Notes under the pieces: generated by a model
Told to the model about the DNA's origin: nothing
Database searches by the model: none
What the model saw: the letters and a program-made list of their open reading frames with translations, nothing else
Assembly (NCBI GenBank): GCA_028689655.1
Contig: JAQVCT010000012.1
Coordinates: 2,753 to 66,752 of the forward strand
Reading direction: 5' to 3'
Origin: Lachnospiraceae bacterium
Lineage (GTDB): Bacteria > Bacillota > Clostridia > Lachnospirales > Lachnospiraceae
Length of the DNA: 64,000 nucleotides
Translations under genes and position numbers: made by a program
Shown: positions 1-8,196 of the stretch, piece by piece
How positions within the stretch are numbered: the first letter of the stretch is position 1
Layout: each line of letters begins with the position of its first letter

Positions 1-529
1 TGGAATGGAATTGGAGGGGGCAGTGGAAGAGGGGGAAGAGAACCTCAACCACATCCATTTTTCCCTGTTTTCCAAGGGGGAACTGGCTAAGAATACCCTG
101 TATCTCCTGCCAAGGATACTGACCATCGGAATCGGATGCAGAAGAGGGGCATCCTATGAAAAAATTGAAAATGCGGTGGTGCAGAGCATGATGCGGCTGG
201 GATCGGAAAATCATCACAGCGTAAAACATATGCTGCAGAGTACGTTACAGATCGCCAGCATTGATCTGAAAAAGGATGAAATCGGAATCAGACAGTTTGC
301 AGAGAAATATCGACTGCCCTTTCTCACGTTTTCCGCGGAGGAACTGGAACAGGCACCGGGTGAATTTTCTCATTCAGATTTCGTAAATCAGACGGCGGGT
401 GTGGATAATGTGTGCGAGCGCGCCGCCATGAAAGCCTGCGGGACGGGGAAACTCATACATAAAAAGACAGTATATGACGGCGTGACCATAGCCATAGCAA
501 TGGCAGACTGGAGTGTAGACTTTGTATAA
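1..529 (+). CDS. cbiG: Cobalt-precorrin-5A hydrolase CbiG, C-terminal part (5' end is upstream of the window)
   Basis: The ORF is open to the window edge. It has C-terminal CbiG/CobE-type signatures: LTIGIGCRRG, IASIDLKKDE, GVDNVCERAAM. Its stop overlaps the cbiH start. Confidence 0.75.
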   Translation, partial: GMELEGAVEEGEENLNHIHFSLFSKGELAKNTLYLLPRILTIGIGCRRGASYEKIENAVVQSMMRLGSENHHSVKHMLQSTLQIASIDLKKDEIGIRQFAEKYRLPFLTFSAEELEQAPGEFSHSDFVNQTAGVDNVCERAAMKACGTGKLIHKKTVYDGVTIAIAMADWSVDFV

Positions 530-1253
530 ATTATATGTAGTAGGCATAGGGCCGGGAGCTTATGAGGATATGACCATAAGGGCATCCCGCTGCCTTGATA
601 ACAGTGACGTGATCATTGGATATACGGTGTATGTGGATCTGGTCAAAGCATACTTTCCGAAAAAACGGTATCTGACCACCCCTATGAAGCAGGAGATAGA
701 ACGGTGTCATATGGCATTTCAAGAGGCGCAAAAGGGAAATACAGTCTCTATGATCTGCAGCGGCGATGCAGGCGTTTACGGGATGGCGGGCCCCATTCTG
801 GAACTGTCAGAGCAGTATCCGGAAGTGGAAGTGGAAGTGATACCGGGAGTGACGGCGGCATTAAGTGGTGCGGCACTGCTGGGGGCACCACTGACCCACG
901 ATTTCGCTGTGATCAGTCTCAGCGATCTGCTGACGCCCTGGGATGTGATCGTAAAGCGGATTGAGATGGCATCAAAAGCTGATTTTACTATGTGTATCTA
1001 TAATCCCTCCAGCAAAAAGAGGGCGGATTATCTGGAAAAGGCGTGTGATATCATAGGACAATATCGAAGCTTAGACACAGTATGCGGCATCGCCTGGCAC
1101 ATTGGCAGGGAGGGGGAGAAGATTCAGCAATTGACCCTGAGAGAACTGCGAGGAACACAGGTGGATATGTTTGCCACGGTATTTATCGGAAATGCCACCA
1201 CCAAAAATGTAAAAACAGGAATCGTAACGCCGAGGGGGTACCATACAAAGTGA
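522..1253 (+). CDS. cbiH: Cobalt-precorrin-3B C17-methyltransferase CbiH
   Basis: 243 aa. The TTG start overlaps the cbiG stop. The N-terminus YVVGIGPGAYEDMT and the overall tetrapyrrole-methylase pattern are typical of CbiH/CobJ. Confidence 0.85.
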   Translation: MYKLYVVGIGPGAYEDMTIRASRCLDNSDVIIGYTVYVDLVKAYFPKKRYLTTPMKQEIERCHMAFQEAQKGNTVSMICSGDAGVYGMAGPILELSEQYPEVEVEVIPGVTAALSGAALLGAPLTHDFAVISLSDLLTPWDVIVKRIEMASKADFTMCIYNPSSKKRADYLEKACDIIGQYRSLDTVCGIAWHIGREGEKIQQLTLRELRGTQVDMFATVFIGNATTKNVKTGIVTPRGYHTK

Positions 1254-3619
1254 GGAAGATCTTACTTTTTGCAGGAACAGAAGAGGGAAAACAGATCGCC
1301 ATATATCTGAAAAAGCACAGGATACCAGTCCATGTATGTGTGGCGACGGATTATGGCAAGGAACTATTGCAGGAATCCATGGAAGACGACCACGACCATG
1401 AGATGCGGGCAGACGTATCGGAACAGGATGGAACACTGGATATTTCGGCTCACCGCTATGATGAGTCCCAGATGAAAGCATTGATGGAGGGAGAGCAGTA
1501 TGAACTGGTGATCGATGCCACCCATCCCTATGCAAAGCTGGTGACAGAGAATTGCAGAAGGGCATGTGATTCCTGTGGGATTACCTATCTGCGGGTGGTA
1601 CGGGAAAGCCTGCAATGCCAGGAAAGGGATGGAAAGATCCGATTTGTATCCTCCATGGAGGAGGCGATGGTGTACCTGGAACACACGGAGGGCACCATCC
1701 TTGCCACCACCGGGAGCAAGGAGATGGAGACATATCTATCCCTAACGAATGGGAAAGAGCGGGTCTATCACCGCGTCCTGTCCACTTTGCCGGTATTGGA
1801 GCGATGCAGGGATCTTGGAATCGAGGGCAGACATCTCTTTGCCATGCAGGGACCATTCAGTGAAGAACTGAATTATGCCATGCTGCAGGAGATCGGTGCA
1901 TCCTATCTGGTGACGAAGGAATCCGGACAGGCAGGAGGCTTTGCAGAAAAGATCAATGGTGCAAAGCGTGCAGGGGTAACCACGGTGGTCATAGGGAGAC
2001 CTGTGGAAGAGACAGGATATACCCTGGAGGAGATGCTATCATATCTACGAGACCATTATGTAGAAAGTACGGATACGGCAGAAACGCATGAGAAAGAAGC
2101 GATTTCCATTTCCGGGACGGAAGAAGTTCAGAGGGAAAAAGAGAGTTCTATTTCTGGGACGGAAGAAGTTCAGAGGGAAAAAGAGAGTTCTATTTCTGGG
2201 ACGGAAGAAGTTTGGAAGAAAAAAGCGGTTTCTGGAAGGAAAGAAGACAGCGGATCACAGGAGGGACGTTCTGTGCAGTTGGTGGGCATCGGGACAGGTT
2301 CCAGACAGAATATGACTCTGGAGGCGGTGGATGCCATATCCGGGGCAGACTTGATCTTCGGTGCCAGTCGGATGTTATCTGCCGTAAAAGATATGGCAAA
2401 GAGATCTGCAAAGCTACAGTGCGAATATAACCCGGATAAGATTCTGCAATTTATCCAGGTTCATAGGGAATATGAATCTATCGCGGTGCTTTATTCAGGG
2501 GACATTGGATTTTACAGCGGTGCGAAGAAACTGTTGGAAAAGTTAAGAGAAGTGGAAGATTCCCATCATGATAATATAAGATATCACTGCATTCCGGGAA
2601 TCTCATCGCCGGTGTATCTCCTGGCAAGACTGGGAATCTCCTGGGAGGATGTGGAACTGACCAGCATCCATGGGAGAGAAGAGAATCTGGTGTCCAAGGT
2701 GCGTACCCATGAAAAGGTGATGACACTGTTAGGGGGAGATCAGGCAGTCAGGGAACTATGTGAAACCTTATTGGAAAATCATCTGGAGCAGGTGAGAATC
2801 ACCATCGGTGAAAAGCTGTCCTATCCGGAGGAACGGATCATCACAGGGACACCGGGGGAGTTATGCGCCATGAGATGTGATACTCTGGCGGTGGCTTATA
2901 TAGAGAACCCCCTGGCGGGGCACACCATTGTCACCCATGGAATGGAGGATGAAGCATTTCTGCGGGACAAGGTTCCAATGACTAAGATGGAGGTCAGAAG
3001 TGTATCGGTATCGAAATTGCAGCTTACCAGAGATGCCATCTGCTATGATCTGGGTGCCGGAACAGGAAGTGTTACCGTGGAGATGGCACAGCAGGCATCG
3101 GAGGGTTTTGTATACGCGGTGGAGAAGGAAGTACTTGCGAGAGATATCATGGCACAGAACCTTCATAAATTTGGAATCACCAATGTGAAGATCGTGGCAG
3201 GGAGAGCAAAAGAGGAAATGGATGCTTTGCCCATTCCCACCCATGCATTTATCGGAGGCAGCTCCGGTGAGATTGCATGGATGATTCAGCATCTGTTTCA
3301 ACGCAATCCCAATATCCGTATCGTAGCCAACGTGATCGCACTGGATACCTTGAGTGAGATCCTGAACTGTGTGAAAAATATGTCAAATACAGGAATTAGT
3401 AATGCAAGGATTAATAATGCAGGGATTGATAATGCAGGAATGGAAAATATAGGAACCACAAATATAGGAATCGAATATGTGCAGCTTTCTGTGGCTAAGA
3501 GCAAACGGGTGGGCTCTTATGAGATGATGATGGGACAGAACCCGGTATACATCGTGACCATATTCAACAAAGATGCAGAGAAACATAAAAGGAGGAACCC
3601 CAATTGCCACGTATTATGA
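1250..3619 (+). CDS. cbiJ-cbiET: Fusion protein: precorrin-6 reductase (CbiJ/CobK) + CbiE methyltransferase + CbiT decarboxylating methyltransferase
   Basis: GTG at 1250 is in frame and overlaps the cbiH stop. N-terminal domain: KILLFAGTEEGKQIA ... IDATHPYA (CobK). Middle domain: VQLVGIGTGSRQNMTLEAVDAISGADLIFG (CbiE). C-terminal domain: MTKMEVRSVSVSKLQL...YDLGAGTGSVTVEMA (CbiT SAM-binding motif). The frame is uninterrupted for 789 aa. Confidence 0.8.
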   Translation: MRKILLFAGTEEGKQIAIYLKKHRIPVHVCVATDYGKELLQESMEDDHDHEMRADVSEQDGTLDISAHRYDESQMKALMEGEQYELVIDATHPYAKLVTENCRRACDSCGITYLRVVRESLQCQERDGKIRFVSSMEEAMVYLEHTEGTILATTGSKEMETYLSLTNGKERVYHRVLSTLPVLERCRDLGIEGRHLFAMQGPFSEELNYAMLQEIGASYLVTKESGQAGGFAEKINGAKRAGVTTVVIGRPVEETGYTLEEMLSYLRDHYVESTDTAETHEKEAISISGTEEVQREKESSISGTEEVQREKESSISGTEEVWKKKAVSGRKEDSGSQEGRSVQLVGIGTGSRQNMTLEAVDAISGADLIFGASRMLSAVKDMAKRSAKLQCEYNPDKILQFIQVHREYESIAVLYSGDIGFYSGAKKLLEKLREVEDSHHDNIRYHCIPGISSPVYLLARLGISWEDVELTSIHGREENLVSKVRTHEKVMTLLGGDQAVRELCETLLENHLEQVRITIGEKLSYPEERIITGTPGELCAMRCDTLAVAYIENPLAGHTIVTHGMEDEAFLRDKVPMTKMEVRSVSVSKLQLTRDAICYDLGAGTGSVTVEMAQQASEGFVYAVEKEVLARDIMAQNLHKFGITNVKIVAGRAKEEMDALPIPTHAFIGGSSGEIAWMIQHLFQRNPNIRIVANVIALDTLSEILNCVKNMSNTGISNARINNAGIDNAGMENIGTTNIGIEYVQLSVAKSKRVGSYEMMMGQNPVYIVTIFNKDAEKHKRRNPNCHVL
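2108..2212 (+). repeat. 42-bp in-frame tandem repeat, 2.5 copies, encoding ISGTEEVQREKESS, in the CbiJ-CbiE linker
   Basis: Copies at 2108-2149 and 2150-2191 differ at one base. A third partial copy lies at 2192-2212. Confidence 0.95.
3386..3475 (+). repeat. 15-bp in-frame degenerate tandem repeat, about 6 units (NTGIS NARIN NAGID NAGME NIGTT NIGIE), inside the CbiT domain
   Basis: The pentapeptide periodicity is visible in both the DNA and the translation. Confidence 0.85.
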
Positions 3620-5037
3620 TAGCTGCACCCAGCAGTGGAAGCGGAAAGACAACAATTGTATGTGGTCTCCTACAGGCACTGCTTGACAGAGACAGGAAGG
3701 TGCACTGCTTCAAATGTGGGCCGGATTATATTGATCCCATGTTTCACAGAACCGTATTGGGGATTCCCACGGGAAACCTGGATTCCTTTTTCGTAAATAC
3801 CCGGATGTTACGATATCTATTGCAGGAAAAGGATCAGGAATGCCTGGAGGAGCCAGCGATTTCGGAGAATTTAGAGGATAAGAGAATCACTGTATTGGAG
3901 GGCGTCATGGGCTACTATGATGGCAAGTCGGTGAACACCATCGAGGGGAGTTCCTATGATCTTGCCAGAAAACTGGATACCCCGGTGCTCCTGGTGGTTA
4001 ATGGAAAGGGAGCCAGTCTGTCTATCGTGGCTATGATACAGGGATTTCTATCCTACCAAAGTCCCAGTATGATACAGGGAATCTTGCTAAATCAGGTATC
4101 TGCCAGTATTTATCAGGGACTAAAGCACCAAATCGAAGAGACACTTCACGTGCCAGTGGTGGGATATTTGCCAGTGCAGCAGGATCTTGTGCTGTCTGGC
4201 AGGCATCTGGGGCTGGTGAGTCCAGATGAAATAGGGGATGTGCACACCAAGATCAGGCAATTGGCGAAGCGGATGGAAGAGACCATAGATGTGGAACAGA
4301 TCATAGAGATTGCCAATCAGACAGAGGATATCTCCGATACCGTTCCAATAGAAGTAGAAGGATATGAAGGTTTTTGCAGAGCTATAAAGGGGCAACGGGA
4401 GGGTATCCGCATTGCCATTGCAAGGGATTCTGCCTTTTGCTTCTATTATCAGGAGAATATCAGATTTCTCCAAAAGGCAGGAGTAACACTTGCTCCGTTT
4501 TCCCCCATAGGGGATGAAAAGCTTCCAGAAAATATTCAGGGACTTTTACTGGGGGGCGGTTATCCGGAATTACATGCCAGAGCACTTTCAGAGAATCAAT
4601 CCATGATGAGGCAGATCAGATCCTGTCTGGAACAGGGTCTGCCCTGTCTTGCGGAATGCGGCGGTTACCTTTATCTACAGGAAACATTGGAGGATGATGG
4701 AGGAGATACCTATCCCATGGTAGGATTTTTCACGGGACATGGAAAACGGGCGGAGAAAAGAACACGTTTTGGCTATATAGACATACGCATGAATGGGGAC
4801 AGTATCCTGGGGAAAGCAGGAACTTCATTGCCAGGGCATGAGTTCCATTACTGGGAGAGCGACCAGGAGGGGGATCAGGCGGTGGCGTACAAGCCGGACA
4901 ATGTGCGGAGCTGGAATTGTGAGCGCAGTAAGGCACAGACCCTTGCGGGATTTCCCCATTACTATTTTCCAGGGAATCTGGTGGCGTTGCAGAACTTTAT
5001 ACAGTGCTGCCTGGATTATGGATTGCAGAGTTTATAG
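3616..5037 (+). CDS. cbiA: Cobyrinate a,c-diamide synthase CbiA
   Basis: ATG 3616 overlaps the upstream stop (ATGA). An alternative TTG lies at 3604. Motifs: AAPSSGSGKTT nucleotide-binding loop, GPDYIDP, and a C-terminal amidotransferase region LAECGGYLYL. Confidence 0.85.
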   Translation: MIAAPSSGSGKTTIVCGLLQALLDRDRKVHCFKCGPDYIDPMFHRTVLGIPTGNLDSFFVNTRMLRYLLQEKDQECLEEPAISENLEDKRITVLEGVMGYYDGKSVNTIEGSSYDLARKLDTPVLLVVNGKGASLSIVAMIQGFLSYQSPSMIQGILLNQVSASIYQGLKHQIEETLHVPVVGYLPVQQDLVLSGRHLGLVSPDEIGDVHTKIRQLAKRMEETIDVEQIIEIANQTEDISDTVPIEVEGYEGFCRAIKGQREGIRIAIARDSAFCFYYQENIRFLQKAGVTLAPFSPIGDEKLPENIQGLLLGGGYPELHARALSENQSMMRQIRSCLEQGLPCLAECGGYLYLQETLEDDGGDTYPMVGFFTGHGKRAEKRTRFGYIDIRMNGDSILGKAGTSLPGHEFHYWESDQEGDQAVAYKPDNVRSWNCERSKAQTLAGFPHYYFPGNLVALQNFIQCCLDYGLQSL

Positions 5038-5385
5038 AATGCAGAGGTTTATAGAATGCAGAGACAGATAGGTTGTAGAAGTTTGTAGAACGCAGACACG
5101 GAGATAGGTTGTAGAGGTTTATAGAACGTAGAAGTACATAAGTTGCAGAAGTTCACAGACAACAGAAGTTCATAGATAACAGGAGTTCATGGATAACAGA
5201 AGTTCATAGATAACAGAAGTTCATAGATAACAGAAGTTCATAGATAACAGGAGTTCATGGATAACAGAAGTTCATAGATAACAGAAGTTCATAGATAACA
5301 GAAGTTCATAGATAACAGAAGTTTATAGATAGCAGAAGTTCATGAATAATAGAAAATTATAGATTATAGAAGTTATAGAGAATAG
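5024..5385. repeat. 17-bp minisatellite, about 21 units with about 12 well conserved; core unit cagaagttcatagataa
   Basis: Unit starts fall at 5146, 5163, 5180 ... 5333 with an exact 17-bp period. Variant units caggagttcatggataa at 5180 and 5248 give a 68-bp higher-order repeat. The first degenerate unit contains the cbiA stop codon. Confidence 0.95.
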
Positions 5386-5452
5386 TCATCACAAAAAAAA
5401 TAAGTGGAACAGAGAGCAAATCGGGGAAGCACGGGAAAAGGATGGTAGCAGG

Positions 5453-6001
5453 ATGGTGGTGCTGGTCACAGGGGGCAGTGGAAGTGGTAAATCTGAATAT
5501 GCGGAGAACAGATTGCTGGAATTGAGGGCAGACTGGAGTAGAAAGGGAATTGAATTACCCAGGAGTTTCTATATCGCCACCATGTATCCCTACGATGAGG
5601 AAAGCAGGGAAAGAGTTAAAAAGCATCAGCATATGCGCGCCACGAAGCAGTTCGATACGCTGGAGTGCTACACCAATCTCAAACAGCTCAAGCTGCAACA
5701 GGATTGCTTTCTACTGGTGGAATGCATGTCTAATCTCATCGCCAATGAGCGGTATATGGACGAAGGATGCAGGCTGGAGGGAGAAGCTTTTGTAGGTTAT
5801 GTGATGGAGGGCGTGAAGCACTGCATTCCCGTGGCGAGCCATGTGGTCATCGTGACGAACGAGGTAAATAGTGATGGGATAGCTTATGACCGGGAGACTA
5901 TGGAATATATGCGTCTGATCGGGCAGGTAAATCAGCGTCTGGCTGCATTGGCGGACGAAGTGGTGGAGATTGTCTATGGGATTCCGGTAAAACTAAAATA
6001 G
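5453..6001 (+). CDS. cobU: Adenosylcobinamide kinase / adenosylcobinamide-phosphate guanylyltransferase CobU
   Basis: 182 aa with P-loop VTGGSGSGKSEYAE and a C-terminal VTNEV...YGIP pattern typical of CobU/CobP. Confidence 0.85.
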   Translation: MVVLVTGGSGSGKSEYAENRLLELRADWSRKGIELPRSFYIATMYPYDEESRERVKKHQHMRATKQFDTLECYTNLKQLKLQQDCFLLVECMSNLIANERYMDEGCRLEGEAFVGYVMEGVKHCIPVASHVVIVTNEVNSDGIAYDRETMEYMRLIGQVNQRLAALADEVVEIVYGIPVKLK

Positions 6002-6013
6002 GGAGAGAACAGA

Positions 6014-6850
6014 ATGTCATCTTTTATAATTGCATTTGCAATGTACTCTAAGATACCCATGCCGAAAGTGACATGGAATGAAAAAAATATGAGATATGCC
6101 ATATGCTATTTTCCTCTGATCGGTGTGGTGATCGCTTTGCTGGAAGTGGTTGCATACCGGCTCTGTGAGGTGTTACAATGCACGCCGATACTGCGGGGAA
6201 TCCTTCTCACGGTGATCCCCTTGCTGGTCACAGGGGGAATTCATATGGATGGATTTCTGGATACCGTGGATGCCAGAAGTTCTTATGGAGACCGGGTAAA
6301 AAAGCTGGAAATATTAAAAGATCCCCACACAGGAGCCTTTGCCATTATAAAAGGAATCCTGTATATCATTTTACAGGTTGGATTTTTCAGTGAGATATCC
6401 TGGCAGGGTATCGTGATCTACAGTTGGATCTTCATGCTGTCACGGGCGATGAGCGGCTTTGCACTGGCGAACTTTCGTGGAGCGAAGAAGGACGGTCTCC
6501 TAGCCACTTTCGCAAAGGGGGCGAATAAGACAGTGGTAACCTTCACGATGGTGTTGTATTATGTATTAGGAATCACAGGGTTTGTAATAGCGATGGTAAT
6601 GAAAGCTCCTTTCATGGATACTATGGGCGTGGATCATTTTCAGAGCATGAGTCAGATACTCCTGCTGATCTTGCTGGAAATGGCAGTGTACGGATGTACG
6701 ATCTTAGTCTTCTGGTATTATCATTCGTTCTCTTATAGGGAATTTGGGGGTATTACGGGAGATCTGGCGGGGTATTTCGTGCAGATCCTGGAGCTGGTTA
6801 CATTAATAACGATCGTTATTATAGAGAAGGTGTGGATATGGAGTTTATAA
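6014..6850 (+). CDS. cobS: Adenosylcobinamide-GDP ribazoletransferase (cobalamin synthase) CobS
   Basis: Polytopic membrane protein. Motifs: FAMYSKIPMP, YFPLIGVVIA, HMDGFLDTVD. Confidence 0.85.
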   Translation: MSSFIIAFAMYSKIPMPKVTWNEKNMRYAICYFPLIGVVIALLEVVAYRLCEVLQCTPILRGILLTVIPLLVTGGIHMDGFLDTVDARSSYGDRVKKLEILKDPHTGAFAIIKGILYIILQVGFFSEISWQGIVIYSWIFMLSRAMSGFALANFRGAKKDGLLATFAKGANKTVVTFTMVLYYVLGITGFVIAMVMKAPFMDTMGVDHFQSMSQILLLILLEMAVYGCTILVFWYYHSFSYREFGGITGDLAGYFVQILELVTLITIVIIEKVWIWSL

Positions 6851-7263
6851 TAGGAGGTTCTTATCAGGGAAAGTATGAATATGCCCTGAAAAGGATTCGG
6901 GAAAAGAATCAAATAAAGGGATGTGAAAAGAAGGATGGAAACTCACTGACTGTGCTGGATGGAGCAATCTGCCAGGATGTGATCCCGGAGACGGTCCAGA
7001 TATGGAATCATTTTCATCTCTATGTGAAACGCATGTTATATCATGGGAAGAGTAGGGAAGATATCCTGGAACAGGTAGAAAAAGCATATAAATATAATCC
7101 TGATTTAATAATTATATCGGATGAAATCGGATATGGAATCGTCCCTGTGGATGCAGAAGAGCGAAGATACCGCGAAGAGGTGGGAAGAATCTCCTGTGTG
7201 CTGGCACAGTGGGCAGACCACGTGACGCGGGTGATCTGTGGCTTGGGAACGGTCATTAAGTAG
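6838..7263 (+). CDS. CobU-like protein with a degenerate P-loop
   Basis: IIGGSYQGKYEYA aligns with the CobU P-loop VTGGSGSGKSEYA, but the GKS/T is lost. The C-terminal SDEIGYGIVPVD...YREEVGRISCVLAQWADHV parallels CobU TNEVNSDGIAYD...YMRLIGQVNQRLAALADEV. ATG 6838 lies 7 nt after AGAGAAGG. An alternative GTG lies at 6832. Confidence 0.6.
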   Translation: MEFIIGGSYQGKYEYALKRIREKNQIKGCEKKDGNSLTVLDGAICQDVIPETVQIWNHFHLYVKRMLYHGKSREDILEQVEKAYKYNPDLIIISDEIGYGIVPVDAEERRYREEVGRISCVLAQWADHVTRVICGLGTVIK

Positions 7264-7321
7264 ATGTGCATATATGATATAGATCAAAGTATTGCAAAAA
7301 GTTGTAGGAAAAGGTAACGGC

Positions 7322-8179
7322 ATGAAGATTATTTTAATGCGCCATGGCAGGACAAAAGGGAATACAGAGAAGCGATATGTGGGGACAACAGAGGAATCCC
7401 TCCTGCCGGAGGAAATCAGTTCAGCGGAGCAGCTATGGATGTATCCAATCTGTGAGGAAGCACATATCAGCGAAAATGCAGGAAGTGAAAATGTCGGAAG
7501 TGAAAATACTGGAAGTGAAAATGTCGGAAGTGAAAATACTGGAAGTGTAAATGTTGAAAGTGAAAATACGGAAAGAGAAAAAAAATGTGGTGTAAATGAG
7601 TATAATGGTCATGCAATGAATGTCAATGGAGCGTGCGGTAATCGTGTTTTCAGGGCATGGGCTCTCTATAGGGAAATGATGAAATCCACAAGAAAAAAAG
7701 TGTATGTCAGCCCTATGTTACGCTGTGTTGAGACTGCAAAGATGATCTTCCCAGGGATTCCATATACAACCGTGGAACAAATGAGAGAGTGCGATTTTGG
7801 AGATTTTGAATATAAGAACTACCTGGAACTCTCAGAAGACCCAAGATATCAGGCGTGGATCGACAGCAACGGAACCTTGCCCTTTCCAAATGGTGAATCA
7901 GTGCCGGAATTTAAGAAACGATGCCAGAAGGCCTTTGAAAAGTGCATGAATCAGGCATTTACTCAACGAGCAGATATGGTAACCTTCGTGGTTCATGGGG
8001 GAACGATCATGTCTGTTATGGAAAAATATGCAATCCCCAAAAAGGAATATTACCAGTGGCAGGTGGGTAATCTGGAAGGGTTTGCAGGAGAGATTGAACA
8101 GACCACATCAGGCATATATCAGATACAGGGGATACAGAAGATTGTCAAATCCAAGGAAGAGTTGAGTGAACAGGCATAA
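7322..8179 (+). CDS. cobC: Alpha-ribazole phosphatase CobC (histidine phosphatase family) with a large repeat-containing insertion
   Basis: MKIILMRHGRTKGN carries the RHG motif, and VVHGGTIM is the second catalytic-His region. The gene sits in the cobUS-cobC-cbiB context. An upstream in-frame ATG at 7292 is possible. Confidence 0.75.
   Translation: MKIILMRHGRTKGNTEKRYVGTTEESLLPEEISSAEQLWMYPICEEAHISENAGSENVGSENTGSENVGSENTGSVNVESENTEREKKCGVNEYNGHAMNVNGACGNRVFRAWALYREMMKSTRKKVYVSPMLRCVETAKMIFPGIPYTTVEQMRECDFGDFEYKNYLELSEDPRYQAWIDSNGTLPFPNGESVPEFKKRCQKAFEKCMNQAFTQRADMVTFVVHGGTIMSVMEKYAIPKKEYYQWQVGNLEGFAGEIEQTTSGIYQIQGIQKIVKSKEELSEQA
7469..7573 (+). repeat. 15-bp (30-bp higher-order) in-frame tandem repeat encoding SENAG/SENVG/SENTG units inside cobC
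   Basis: ggaagtgaaaatgtcggaagtgaaaatact occurs twice exactly, flanked by degenerate units. Confidence 0.95.
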
Positions 8180-8196
8180 GGCAATATAGAAATAAG

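Noticed and set aside
1071-1856. Minus-strand ORFs (164, 106 and 91 aa) and plus-strand alternative frames inside cbiH/cbiJ
   Set aside because: They overlap strongly supported cob coding sequence. They are Pro/Gly/His-rich products typical of off-frame reading of coding DNA.
2088-2315. Alternative-frame ORF with RKKFRGKKRVLFLG repeats
   Set aside because: It is simply the 42-bp linker minisatellite read in another frame. The CbiJ-CbiE frame is continuous and carries domain signatures on both sides.
5024-5385. Possible CRISPR array (regular short repeats), also considered for 25506-25655
   Set aside because: The units are directly contiguous with no unique spacers between them. The unit lengths are 17 and 36 bp with gradual decay at the ends, and no cas genes are in the window. 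These are tandem minisatellites, not CRISPR.
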